64,000 nucleotides of DNA, taken from Clostridia bacterium (GTDB lineage: Bacteria > Bacillota > Clostridia > TANB77 > CAG-508). The position numbers and the translations under genes are program-made. Shown one piece after another: positions 1 to 9,131 of this stretch (its first letter is position 1; each line of letters begins with the position of its first letter). Below the pieces are notes generated by a model. It had not been told where the DNA came from. It did no database searches and was given only the letters and a program-made list of their open reading frames with translations. The stretch is taken from assembly GCA_022794055.1 (NCBI GenBank), contig JAAWEA010000044.1, positions 19,006 to 83,005 of the forward strand, given 5' to 3'.

Positions 1-1635
1 GGAATAAATCTTGCTGAAGGATTAGTTGGTAGCATAGACAAATACTTATCACAAAATGTTGAAAGAATAAAATCCTTCATAGTTAATATGTTTAATATAT
101 CAAGTAAAGATTTACAACTAACAGGGAATTTATGGCAAGCATTAGGAGAAATATCAGATGTATTTAAAAGTGATACTGCAAAACAAATAGGAGCGGATAT
201 TATTGCTATGTTTACAAATCCTTTAATGAGCGTTATTGAACTATGTGGAAAATTTGTTCTTGATTTGAAAGGCATATTGTTTCAACCTATTATAGATAAT
301 GCAGAAAAAATAAAAAATACTATTAAAAATGTAATGAAACCAATACAAACATTTACTGGAACTTTAGCAGAAGCGATGACTTATGTTGGAGATAAATGGA
401 ACGAAGTTTATGATGGACATATACATCCTTTAATGGAAAGTTTAAAGGCAGGTTTAAGTGATACTTTTGGAAAATTTCTTGATGTTTATAATACTTATGT
501 CGTACCAATGTTACAAAGAATGGCTGATGGATTTAATGAATTATGGAATACTCATTTAAAACCATTTGTTGATAAGGTTGGAGAACTTATAGGAAGTATT
601 GCAGATGCAATTACGGCTCTTTGGAATAATATTTTAAAACCAGTTGTTGATTGGATAGTACAAAATATTATTCCAGTTTTAGTTCCTATTTTTGAAGGAA
701 TTTGGAATACAATAAGTGCTGTTTTTGGAGCTATAACAGATGTAATAGGTGGAATTATACAAACTTTTCAAGGTTTGATAGACTTTGTTGTAGGAATATT
801 TACTGGAGATTGGAACAAAGCTTGGCAAGGAATATGTGATTTCTTTACTGGAATTTGGAATGCAATTAAAGGAATTTTTTCTGCTATATGGAGTGTAATC
901 ACAGGAATTGTAACAACGGCAGTAAATATTATAAAAGGTATAATAACAACTGTATTTAATGTCATAAAAACCGTTATTACAACAATTTTTAATGCTATAA
1001 AAACAGTTGTAATGACAGTCTGGAATGCTATATCTACTGTAATATCAAATGTAGTAAATGGAATCAAAAATACAATATCGAATGTTTTTAATGGAATAAA
1101 AAATACTATTACTAATATTTTTAATGCTGTAAAAAACACTATTACTAATATTTGGAATGGAATATGGGGAACAATTAAAGGCGTAATAAATAATATTCTA
1201 GGTGGAATCGAAGGTTTTGTTAATGGAATTGTAAAGGGTATTAATATTGTTCTAGGTGGAATAAGTGATGTCGCAAATGCAGTTGGCTCTTTAATAGGAT
1301 TAGATCCTGTTAATTTAAGATTAAATCCAGTGTCATTACCACGCCTTGCACAAGGTGGTTATGTAAAAGCAAACACACCTCAATTAGCAGTTATTGGTGA
1401 TAATAAACATCAAGGAGAGGTTGTTGCACCTGAAGATAAAATGCTAGATATGATTTTGACAGCTTTAAAAATGTTTCAGGATCAAAATTCAACTCAAAAT
1501 AACAAATCTCAAGGACAAAATATTACACTTAACTTTAATGGAACAATGTCACAATTGATTAGAGTATTAAAACCTGAACTAGACAGAGAAAGTAAAAGAA
1601 AAGGTAATAAATTAATTATAGGAGGTACAACATAA
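1..1635 (+). CDS. phage tail tape-measure protein (5'-partial, continues upstream of window)
   Basis: Frame 1 is open from nt 1, so the gene starts upstream of the window. The protein carries long runs of degenerate ~11-aa repeats (GIWNAIKGIFSAIWSVITGIVTTAVNIIKGIITTVFNVIKTVITTIFNAIKT...) typical of tape-measure proteins. It is followed by tail genes and a lysis cassette. Confidence 0.75.
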   Translation, partial: GINLAEGLVGSIDKYLSQNVERIKSFIVNMFNISSKDLQLTGNLWQALGEISDVFKSDTAKQIGADIIAMFTNPLMSVIELCGKFVLDLKGILFQPIIDNAEKIKNTIKNVMKPIQTFTGTLAEAMTYVGDKWNEVYDGHIHPLMESLKAGLSDTFGKFLDVYNTYVVPMLQRMADGFNELWNTHLKPFVDKVGELIGSIADAITALWNNILKPVVDWIVQNIIPVLVPIFEGIWNTISAVFGAITDVIGGIIQTFQGLIDFVVGIFTGDWNKAWQGICDFFTGIWNAIKGIFSAIWSVITGIVTTAVNIIKGIITTVFNVIKTVITTIFNAIKTVVMTVWNAISTVISNVVNGIKNTISNVFNGIKNTITNIFNAVKNTITNIWNGIWGTIKGVINNILGGIEGFVNGIVKGINIVLGGISDVANAVGSLIGLDPVNLRLNPVSLPRLAQGGYVKANTPQLAVIGDNKHQGEVVAPEDKMLDMILTALKMFQDQNSTQNNKSQGQNITLNFNGTMSQLIRVLKPELDRESKRKGNKLIIGGTT

Positions 1636-2021
1636 TGGCGGAAAAATTTGACTTTATAATACTTGATGGACAACAATATAACATTGGTGTATATGCAAAC
1701 ATAAAAGAAAAAGCTGATTTTTTAGATAAATATGCAAATAGAACAGATGATGGAGATTTAAAAAGAGAATTAATTGGTGTATACTTCAATTTTACTGACA
1801 TTAAGTTTGAACCTCAAGTTGATAGTAATTATGATGAATTTGAAAGATTATGGAATAAACTAACAGAACCAGAGGAATTTCATAATGTCAAAATTGCTAA
1901 TTTTGAATTTATGGCTTATTTCAATAATGTTTCAAGAGAAATCTATGATTTTAAAAATGGAAAAGCATACAGAAAAGATATGACTGTAAACTTTACAGCT
2001 AAAAGACCAGCAAGGAGTTGA
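1635..2021 (+). CDS. phage tail component protein (distal tail/baseplate-like, unassigned)
   Basis: 128-aa ORF whose start overlaps the tape-measure stop (ATGA). Its position directly downstream of the tape-measure gene is the only basis for the call. Confidence 0.4.
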   Translation: MAEKFDFIILDGQQYNIGVYANIKEKADFLDKYANRTDDGDLKRELIGVYFNFTDIKFEPQVDSNYDEFERLWNKLTEPEEFHNVKIANFEFMAYFNNVSREIYDFKNGKAYRKDMTVNFTAKRPARS

Positions 2022-3826
2022 TGATTATGAAAACAAAAACACAGATAGAATTTGGATTTGTTGATGTTACAGCAAAGTCTGATAGTCAATTAAGTATTAC
2101 AGATAAACAAACTTTTGTTAATTTGGAAGATTTAAAACGAAACGATATTGAAGAAGTAAAATATGCAACTTTAGAAAGAAATCAATTTGTATTAGATGGA
2201 ACATTTGAATTAATGCCTGATGTATTAAATGATATGTGCTTATGGTCAAGCAGTATGAGTGATGAGTTAGGAATATTTGAAAAATCTCCTATATTAGTAA
2301 TTAACTTTAGTGAACCACATAGCAGTTTAGGTTTAACATTGTTATTTAGCAAAGCTGGAGATTATTGTAATCATTTAAATATAACATATTATGATAAAGA
2401 TAATCAATTAATAAATGATACAGATTTCTATCCTGATAATTATCAATATGTATGTAATAATGTTGTAGAAAACTATCAAAAAATAATTATTATTTTTTAT
2501 GGTACAAATAATCCATATAGATACTTGAAATTATATAAAATATTATATGGAGCAAATAAAGTTTTTGAAGGCGATAATTTAATAAGTGCTAATATACTTG
2601 AGGAAATTGATTTATTAGGTTCAGAGGTTAGTATAAACACTCTAGGTTTTAAAGTTTATTCTGTAGATGATGAATTTAATATTATAAATCCCACTGGTTT
2701 TTATAGTTTATTGCAAGAAAGACAAGCCTTTAAAGTAAAAGAAATATTTACAAAAGAAAATAAAATAATTGATATGGGGGCTTTTTATCTTGATTCTTGG
2801 AAAAATGAAAAAGATAAAATTATGCAATTTGAAGCTATTGATCTAATTGGAATCATTAATAAAACTAACTTTTATGGTGGGATGTATATAAAAGTTAAAT
2901 TTGAAGATTTAATAAAAGAAATTATGTTATCAGCAAATGTAGATGAAAATAACTTTGAAATTCAAGAAGATTTAAAAGATATTGAAATAACAGGTTATAT
3001 TCCAGTTTGTACACATAGAGAAGCTTTACAGCAAGCAGTATTTGCTATTGGAGCAATAGCAGATTGCAGTAGAAGTGATAAAATCAAAATATATACAGTT
3101 GTTTATAAAGAAGATAATAATACTATTAAACAAACTAATGTATTTCAAGGGACAAAAACTATTGAACAAAACGATATAGTAACAGGAGTTTCAATAACAG
3201 CTCATAACTACATCAAAGGTTCTGAAATAACAGAAGTTTACAAAGGAATATTAGAAGCGGGAGATAATATAGTTTTATTTAATGATCCTGTTTCTGATAT
3301 TTCTTGTACAGGTGGAACTATTAAAGAATATAATTGTAATTATGCAATTATACATTGTGTAGCTGATAATACAGAAATTATAGTAAATGGATATAAATAT
3401 GAAGATAATACAAGAATTGTGTTAGTAGAAGTTGAAGAGTTAACTTCTTCAGAAAAGTTAAATACTTTGAAAGTAGAAACTGCATATCTTATAAATAATG
3501 ATAATGCTCAAGCTATTGCTAAAAATGTATTAGATTATTACCAAAAAACATATACTACAAAATTTGATTTTATTCTAAACGAAGAAAAACTAACAGAAGA
3601 TAGTGCGATTGAAAGTAATAGTTTTAATAGGCAATTAGTAGGCCCTATTAAAAAATTAGATATAGATTTAACTGGTGGTTTTTTAGCAAGTGCTGAAATA
3701 AATGCAAGAGTAAGATTACTAACTGTTACAAGAGAAGCTAATTTATCATATAAATTAGCTTCAATTTTAGTAAGAACTACTTATGAACAATTGCCAGTTA
3801 TGGGAGGAGAGGAAAGCAATGGATAA
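2018..3826 (+). CDS. phage tail protein (tail-associated / minor structural protein, about 600 aa)
   Basis: 602-aa ORF translationally coupled to the previous gene (ATGA overlap). Its size and its position after the tape-measure gene are typical of a Tal-like or tail endopeptidase-like protein. Confidence 0.45.
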   Translation: MMIMKTKTQIEFGFVDVTAKSDSQLSITDKQTFVNLEDLKRNDIEEVKYATLERNQFVLDGTFELMPDVLNDMCLWSSSMSDELGIFEKSPILVINFSEPHSSLGLTLLFSKAGDYCNHLNITYYDKDNQLINDTDFYPDNYQYVCNNVVENYQKIIIIFYGTNNPYRYLKLYKILYGANKVFEGDNLISANILEEIDLLGSEVSINTLGFKVYSVDDEFNIINPTGFYSLLQERQAFKVKEIFTKENKIIDMGAFYLDSWKNEKDKIMQFEAIDLIGIINKTNFYGGMYIKVKFEDLIKEIMLSANVDENNFEIQEDLKDIEITGYIPVCTHREALQQAVFAIGAIADCSRSDKIKIYTVVYKEDNNTIKQTNVFQGTKTIEQNDIVTGVSITAHNYIKGSEITEVYKGILEAGDNIVLFNDPVSDISCTGGTIKEYNCNYAIIHCVADNTEIIVNGYKYEDNTRIVLVEVEELTSSEKLNTLKVETAYLINNDNAQAIAKNVLDYYQKTYTTKFDFILNEEKLTEDSAIESNSFNRQLVGPIKKLDIDLTGGFLASAEINARVRLLTVTREANLSYKLASILVRTTYEQLPVMGGEESNG

Positions 3827-4373
3827 TTTAATATATGATAGAACTTTAGACGATGTTGAAACAGCTTTAATTAATGCTGGTAGTAGAATCAACTTAAAAG
3901 GAAGTTACAATTATACTGATTTGAATAGAGTAGAAAATTGGTGCAAGTACATAGAAGAAATATTAAAAAAATATGGCTTTTCTCAAAATTTAGAAATTAA
4001 AACAAATTGGTTTTTAACTGACTATCCTACTAGAAAAGAAATTGACAGAATAAGAAGCAATATAGATACATTAAAAGAATTTTGCTATGCATTAAAAACA
4101 GAAACAATAAGTTATGATAATACTTTAAATTATGAACAAGCAAATATACTAGAAAGAATATTATATGATATAGATGAATACATAAGAAGTCAAAGTAGAA
4201 AATTAGATATACCATATAATTTTGGATTTACTTTAATTCGTAAAAAATTTATTGATTTAATAATAAATACAGATATAATTGATTATTCTTATAAGAAACA
4301 ATTAACAACAGAAAATAATATTTTTGTAATAACAGAAGATGAAAAAATTTTAAGAACAGAATGGGGGGATTAA
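3819..4373 (+). CDS. phage structural/hypothetical protein
   Basis: In-frame ATG at 3819 preceded by GGAGGAGAGG. Lies inside the prophage tail module. Confidence 0.4.
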   Translation: MDNLIYDRTLDDVETALINAGSRINLKGSYNYTDLNRVENWCKYIEEILKKYGFSQNLEIKTNWFLTDYPTRKEIDRIRSNIDTLKEFCYALKTETISYDNTLNYEQANILERILYDIDEYIRSQSRKLDIPYNFGFTLIRKKFIDLIINTDIIDYSYKKQLTTENNIFVITEDEKILRTEWGD

Positions 4374-4376
4374 TAT

Positions 4377-5363
4377 ATGGCTTATGGTGTAACTTACATA
4401 ACTACACAAGGAGCAATTTTAGCAGCTAAAACATTACAAGCAAAAACATTAACATTTTCAAAATTTCAAATAGGTGATGGAACTATTGAAAATTCTAGTA
4501 TGGAAAATATAAAAGCTTTAGATGATTTAGTAAATAAAGTTGTAGAATTTGATATAACAAAAATTTCAAGAGAAACAGATACACAAATAACTGTTAGAGG
4601 ACTATTTAAAAATACAGATGCTGAAGATTCATTTTATTTAAGAGAATTAGGTTTATATGCAATTGATCCTGACACAAATGAAGAAATATTATTCGCATAT
4701 ATAAATTATGGAGATGAAGCAGAGTATATAAATAACTCTATATCAGAGAAAAAAGAGAATTATTATAATATGATTATAGCAGTAGGTAATGCAGATAATG
4801 TAACAATATCGACAGATGAATCTACAGTATATGTAACAGAAAGAGATTTAGAAGAAATTAAACAAAAATTAGCAAATGCAGGAAATAAAAGTGAATATTT
4901 ATTAAAAAATGATATAAAAACTTTTTATATAAAATTAAAAGTTGGAAATCAAAATATTGAATATCCTGAAGGATTTAATAAAAATAATACTATTGTATTG
5001 AAGTGTATGAAAAAAAGTGGAGGTAATTGGATTACTTCAGAAATGGATAATGCAGGGGATATGCACAATGTTGCTAATATATGGTTGCAAGACAATAACA
5101 TTTTTATACAAGGAGAATTTGAAAAAGAATATAAGATAGTATTAATGAAATCAGTTGAATTTGATATAAGTGATTATGAATTAGGTGATATTAACAAGGA
5201 TGGTTCAATAACACAAGAAGATATAAATATAGTTAGCAATTATTTAACTGGATTAGGAACATTGACAGAAGAACAATTCAAATTAGCAGATATGAATGAA
5301 GATGGAATGGTTGATACTGCTGATTTACTTGCACTATCAAAGAAAGTAAATGGAATAACATAG
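4377..5363 (+). CDS. phage tail-collar fibre protein with C-terminal type-I dockerin module
   Basis: The N-terminus (YITTQGAILAAKTLQAKTLTFSKFQIGDGT) matches the phage tail-collar fibre N-domain pattern. The last ~60 aa contain two 22-aa dockerin-type Ca-binding segments, DINKDGSITQEDINIVSNYL and DMNEDGMVDTADLLALSKKV. Confidence 0.65.
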   Translation: MAYGVTYITTQGAILAAKTLQAKTLTFSKFQIGDGTIENSSMENIKALDDLVNKVVEFDITKISRETDTQITVRGLFKNTDAEDSFYLRELGLYAIDPDTNEEILFAYINYGDEAEYINNSISEKKENYYNMIIAVGNADNVTISTDESTVYVTERDLEEIKQKLANAGNKSEYLLKNDIKTFYIKLKVGNQNIEYPEGFNKNNTIVLKCMKKSGGNWITSEMDNAGDMHNVANIWLQDNNIFIQGEFEKEYKIVLMKSVEFDISDYELGDINKDGSITQEDINIVSNYLTGLGTLTEEQFKLADMNEDGMVDTADLLALSKKVNGIT

Positions 5364-5377
5364 AAGGAGGAATATAA

Positions 5378-5956
5378 ATGGCAGATACAATTAAATTAAG
5401 CGAAATGTCAGAAGCAGAAGAAATAAACGAAGATGATTTATTAATGATAGTTCAAAATGGAATTAACAAAAAGATAAAAGCAAAAAAAATGGGAAAAAGT
5501 TCAACAGTAATAGAAGATACTTTAGAAAGTGATAGTACAACAAATGCACTATCAGCTAATCAAGGTAAGTTGTTAAATGAGAAGATAAATAATCAAGAAG
5601 AAGTATTGAATAATATAAATATTTATTCAACAGATGAAATAAATACAGGGAAAAAATGGATAAATGGAAAACCGATGTATAGAAAGATAATTCAATTTAC
5701 ATTATCTAATAATAGTTCAGTAGATTTATCTAGTTTGAATTTTGAAGATGGAATCATTGAATGGGGTAGAATAATATTAACTTCTGGTGGTTTAAAATAT
5801 ATAGATATATTACCATATTCAAGTGGTAGTAGCACATATTGTTGGATGCAAATAGTTCATAATGGTTCAAAATGGCTATTTGCAACTCCTCATACAGCTG
5901 ATGCAAATGGAGCTACTGTTGAAGCTTGTTTATTATACACAAAAACAACAGATTAG
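5378..5956 (+). CDS. phage protein (putative tail fibre-associated / hypothetical)
   Basis: 192-aa ORF with GGAGGA RBS, between the fibre gene and the holin. Confidence 0.35.
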   Translation: MADTIKLSEMSEAEEINEDDLLMIVQNGINKKIKAKKMGKSSTVIEDTLESDSTTNALSANQGKLLNEKINNQEEVLNNINIYSTDEINTGKKWINGKPMYRKIIQFTLSNNSSVDLSSLNFEDGIIEWGRIILTSGGLKYIDILPYSSGSSTYCWMQIVHNGSKWLFATPHTADANGATVEACLLYTKTTD

Positions 5957-5973
5957 AAAGAGAGGGAAAAATT

Positions 5974-6324
5974 ATGGAAGAAATAATGCAAAATATACAT
6001 TTTACAAATATTTGGTGGGCGATAGCAGTTCCACTGATTTTAATGATATTAGATATATTAACAGGATTAGTAATAGCGTGGAGAAATGGAGACTTTAAAA
6101 GTTCAGTAATGAGAACAGGCTTGTCAAAGAAATTTGGCGAGCTTGTTTACGTTTTAATAGGAATATTAACAAAGTTTGCATTAGGAACTGAACTAATTCT
6201 ATATTTTACAGTAGGATATATATGTTTAATGGAAATATCAAGTTTAGCAGAAAACTGCGATAAATTAGGAGTTAAAATGCCAGATAAATTAAAAGAAAAA
6301 TTAAATAATGATAAGGAGGAATAA
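5974..6324 (+). CDS. phage holin
   Basis: ATG at 5974 after GAGAGGGA. Small protein (MEEIMQNIHFTNIWWAIAVPLILMILDILTGLVIAWRNGDF...) with two or three TM helices and a charged C-terminus, immediately upstream of the amidase gene. Confidence 0.7.
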   Translation: MEEIMQNIHFTNIWWAIAVPLILMILDILTGLVIAWRNGDFKSSVMRTGLSKKFGELVYVLIGILTKFALGTELILYFTVGYICLMEISSLAENCDKLGVKMPDKLKEKLNNDKEE

Positions 6325-6326
6325 TT

Positions 6327-7241
6327 ATGAAAATATTATTAATAAGTGGACATGGAGCAGGAGATGTAGGTGCTTGTGGAAATGGTTATAAAGAAGCAGA
6401 TTTGACAAGAGAAGTAGTAAATATATTAGCTCCAAAATTAAGACAATATGCACAAGTAGATATTTATAATCAAAGTAGAAATGCTTATACGGACGTTTGT
6501 AAAGGTAATACTGTTGTAAACTTTGCAAACTATAATTATGTATTTGAAGTACACTTTAATGCTGGAGGTGGAAAAGGAACAGAAATATATGTAACAAGAG
6601 AAGAAAAAGCAACAAATGTAGAACAAAAAGTAATGAACAAATTATCTAAATTTTTCACTGTTAGAGGAGTAAAAAGGCAAAACTTTGCTGTTATAAATTC
6701 TGTTAAGAAAAAAGGTATAAGTTCAGCTTTATTGGAAACATGTTTCATAGATAATGCAAATGATATTAATACATATCAAAACAATAAGGAAGCTATTTGT
6801 AGTGCAATTTGTGAAGGAATTATAGAAGGATTTGGATTAAAACAAAATACATCTAATACATTAGATCTACAATACAAAGCACATATTCAAGATATAGGTT
6901 GGACAGATTGGAAAAATGCAGGAGAAGTAGCTGGAACAACAGGACAAGACAAAAGAGTTGAAGCTATAATCTTACAAGGAAACAATGGATTAGATTTAAA
7001 ATATAGAGTACACATGGAAAATTTAGGCTGGAGTAATTGGATAAGTAATGGAGAAATTGCAGGTACTACTGGTCAAAGTAGAAGAATAGAAGCAATCGAA
7101 ATCCAATCAAATAAAATGTTAGAAGTACAAGAACATATACAGAATGTAGGCTGGATGCCTTCTTCAAAAGGAAATTCAATAAGAGTAGGAACAGAAGGTA
7201 AAGCGTTAAGATTAGAAGCTTTTAAAATTAGAGTTATATAA
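6327..7241 (+). CDS. N-acetylmuramoyl-L-alanine amidase endolysin (amidase_3 type) with three C-terminal cell-wall-binding repeats
   Basis: The N-terminus (MKILLISGHGAGDVGACGNGYKEADLTREV) is the MurNAc-LAA (CwlD-like) signature. The C-terminus has three ~36-aa repeats (HIQDIGWTDWKNAGEVAGTTGQDKRVEAI / HMENLGWSNWISNGEIAGTTGQSRRIEAI / HIQNVGWMPSSKGNSIRVGTEGKALRLEAF). Confidence 0.85.
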   Translation: MKILLISGHGAGDVGACGNGYKEADLTREVVNILAPKLRQYAQVDIYNQSRNAYTDVCKGNTVVNFANYNYVFEVHFNAGGGKGTEIYVTREEKATNVEQKVMNKLSKFFTVRGVKRQNFAVINSVKKKGISSALLETCFIDNANDINTYQNNKEAICSAICEGIIEGFGLKQNTSNTLDLQYKAHIQDIGWTDWKNAGEVAGTTGQDKRVEAIILQGNNGLDLKYRVHMENLGWSNWISNGEIAGTTGQSRRIEAIEIQSNKMLEVQEHIQNVGWMPSSKGNSIRVGTEGKALRLEAFKIRVI

Positions 7242-7245
7242 TGAT

Positions 7246-7284
7246 AGGGCTAGATTGATTAATTTTCAGTCTAGCTCTTTTTTG
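7246..7284 (+). terminator. rho-independent terminator after lysis cassette
   Basis: Hairpin GGCTAGA...TCTAGCT followed by TTTTTTG. Confidence 0.5.
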
Positions 7285-7378
7285 TATTCTTTATTAGATT
7301 ATAAAATTTATTGCATAAAAAAAATACTTAAAATGGATTGTAAGGGTTCGAATTTAAACCACATTTTAAAGTAAATAG

Positions 7379-7627
7379 TTATATTGTTTTATTAATATTT
7401 TTATTTATTTTTACTTTTTTTCTAATTATTTTTTTTCTTATAATAATATCTCCTGGTTCACATTCTAAAATTTTACACATTTTTTCTAATGTTTCAAATT
7501 TAATTCCAGTAGTAGAATTATCCATTAAATGAGATAATGACTGATATCCTCCTTCCATATTTTTAATAAACCAATATTTTGTCTTCTTTTTTTCCTTTAG
7601 TATTTCATTTACTCGTACATATATCAT
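7379..7627 (-). CDS. XRE-family helix-turn-helix transcriptional regulator
   Basis: 82 aa. Contains YQSLSHLMDNSTTGIKFETLEKMCKILECEPGDII, which is Cro/CI-type HTH architecture. Confidence 0.6.
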   Translation of the reverse strand: MIYVRVNEILKEKKKTKYWFIKNMEGGYQSLSHLMDNSTTGIKFETLEKMCKILECEPGDIIIRKKIIRKKVKINKNINKTI

Positions 7628-8298
7628 ATTTTCACCTCACTTTCATTATAGATATTGTAAAACAAAGTATAGTTTATTTTAACTACAATACATTTAAGTT
7701 AAATGTATAATACCTAATTTACAAAATAGGTATAAAAATGATATAATAACACTAGCAATAAAAACAAAAAGAGGTGCTATTGTATGAGCAAAAATATTAT
7801 TGATTCATTAGATAATATAAAGAAACTTATAGAAGAAGAAAACTATCAAGAAGCTATAAATTATATAGAGAAAACAAAAACAGAAATAAAAACAGGAAGA
7901 GATGTATCTAATTATATGGATAGTTTAATAAATGATTTAAAGTAGAAAAAAGTAGAAAAATGTCGAACCTTAAAATGTAATTGTGATAAGGAATATCTAT
8001 GTTAATACCTAACACACAGTATAGTTATTTTTATTTACATAATTTGGTATAATATATAAAGAGATATCTTAAATCTAAATTCATAAGGAGGTTCAATATG
8101 AAATTAAATATATTAGATAAAATGTTATTATATATATTAAAAAAATATTCATATAAAATATATAGGCGTGGGGTACAAGATGGATTTAATTGGAACAATA
8201 AAATAAATTCACAAGGCTGTAACAAGGCTGTACCAATATTAAAAATTAAAAGAAAAGATATAAAGTGAAAAATACTAAATATAAACGGAGAGTAATGA

Positions 8299-9040
8299 AT
8301 GAGAAATATAAAATTAACAATAGAATATGATGGAAAAGACTTTAATGGATGGCAAAAACAGCCCGATAAATTGAATATACAAGGGACAATAGAGCAAGCA
8401 ATTAATAAAGTTACAGGAGAGGAAGTAGAATTAAATGCTTCTGGGAGAACAGATGCTGGTGTACATGCGTTACGGTCAAGTTGCAAATTTTAAAACAAAT
8501 ATGAATATACCAATTGATAAAATATCTATTGCATTAAATTCAAATCTAAAAAAATCAATTAGAATTATAAAGGCAGAAGAAGTAGAGGAAAGATTTCATA
8601 GTAGGTTAAGTTGCAAAAGAAAAACATATAGATATATTATTAATAATTCAGAATATTCATCAGCAATTTATAGAACATTAGAAACACATATTCCTCAAAG
8701 ATTAGATGTTGAAAAAATGAAGATAGCAGCTAAGTTTTTTGAAGGAGAGCATGACTTCAAGGCATTTAAATCAAGTGGAACAAGCAGTAAAAGTAGTATA
8801 AGGACTATTTACAAGGCAGATGTTAGGGAAATTGCTAATAATAGAATCTATATAGAACTCACAGGAAATGGATTTTTATATAATATGGTAAGAATTATTA
8901 GTGGTACATTAGTAGAAGTTGGCATGAATAAAATACAACCAGAGGATATAAAAGATATTATTGAAAAAAAAGATAGAAGCTTAGCAGGAAAAACATTACC
9001 ACCTCATGGATTATATCTGGTAAGTGTAGAATACCAATAA
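8299..9040 (+). pseudogene. truA: tRNA pseudouridine(38-40) synthase TruA, disrupted by +1 frameshift (single C insertion near 8472)
   Basis: ORF 8299..8493 (MRNIKLTIEYDGKDFNGWQKQ...GRTDAGVHAL) and ORF 8435..9040 (...GQVANFKTNMNIPIDK...) are the N and C parts of TruA. Removing the C in TTA-C-GGT restores GRTDAGVHALGQVANF. Confidence 0.75.
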
Positions 9041-9131
9041 TTATGTTTCAGTCTTTATTGAATTAAGAAATGTAACAAAAAGCTATTATAGGCATAAAAT
9101 ATAGAAAAGAGGAAAAAAGGAGAAAAAAATT

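Noticed and set aside
768-1139. Antisense 123-aa ORF inside the tape-measure gene (others like it: 4030-4215, 6325-6748, 9305-9493, 10387-10695, 19241-19876, 38646-39885, 49182-50031, 57449-57670)
   Set aside because: Low-complexity Leu/Ile/Phe-rich translations of the AT-rich opposite strand of well-supported genes. No RBS, and they overlap conserved CDSs.
5862-6098. 78-aa ORF spanning the end of the tail-fibre-associated gene and the holin start
   Set aside because: It overlaps two better-supported genes in another frame, has no RBS, and reads as a low-complexity peptide.
7321-7375. Possible tRNA 3' fragment or att core (GGGTTCGAAT motif) right after the prophage
   Set aside because: The flanking bases do not form a T-stem or acceptor stem and there is no CCA. 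It cannot be supported as a tRNA remnant from sequence alone and is kept only as a hint for att mapping.
8031-8486. 151-aa minus-strand ORF overlapping the truA 5' half
   Set aside because: Antisense to the clearly homologous TruA N-terminus, with a low-complexity translation.
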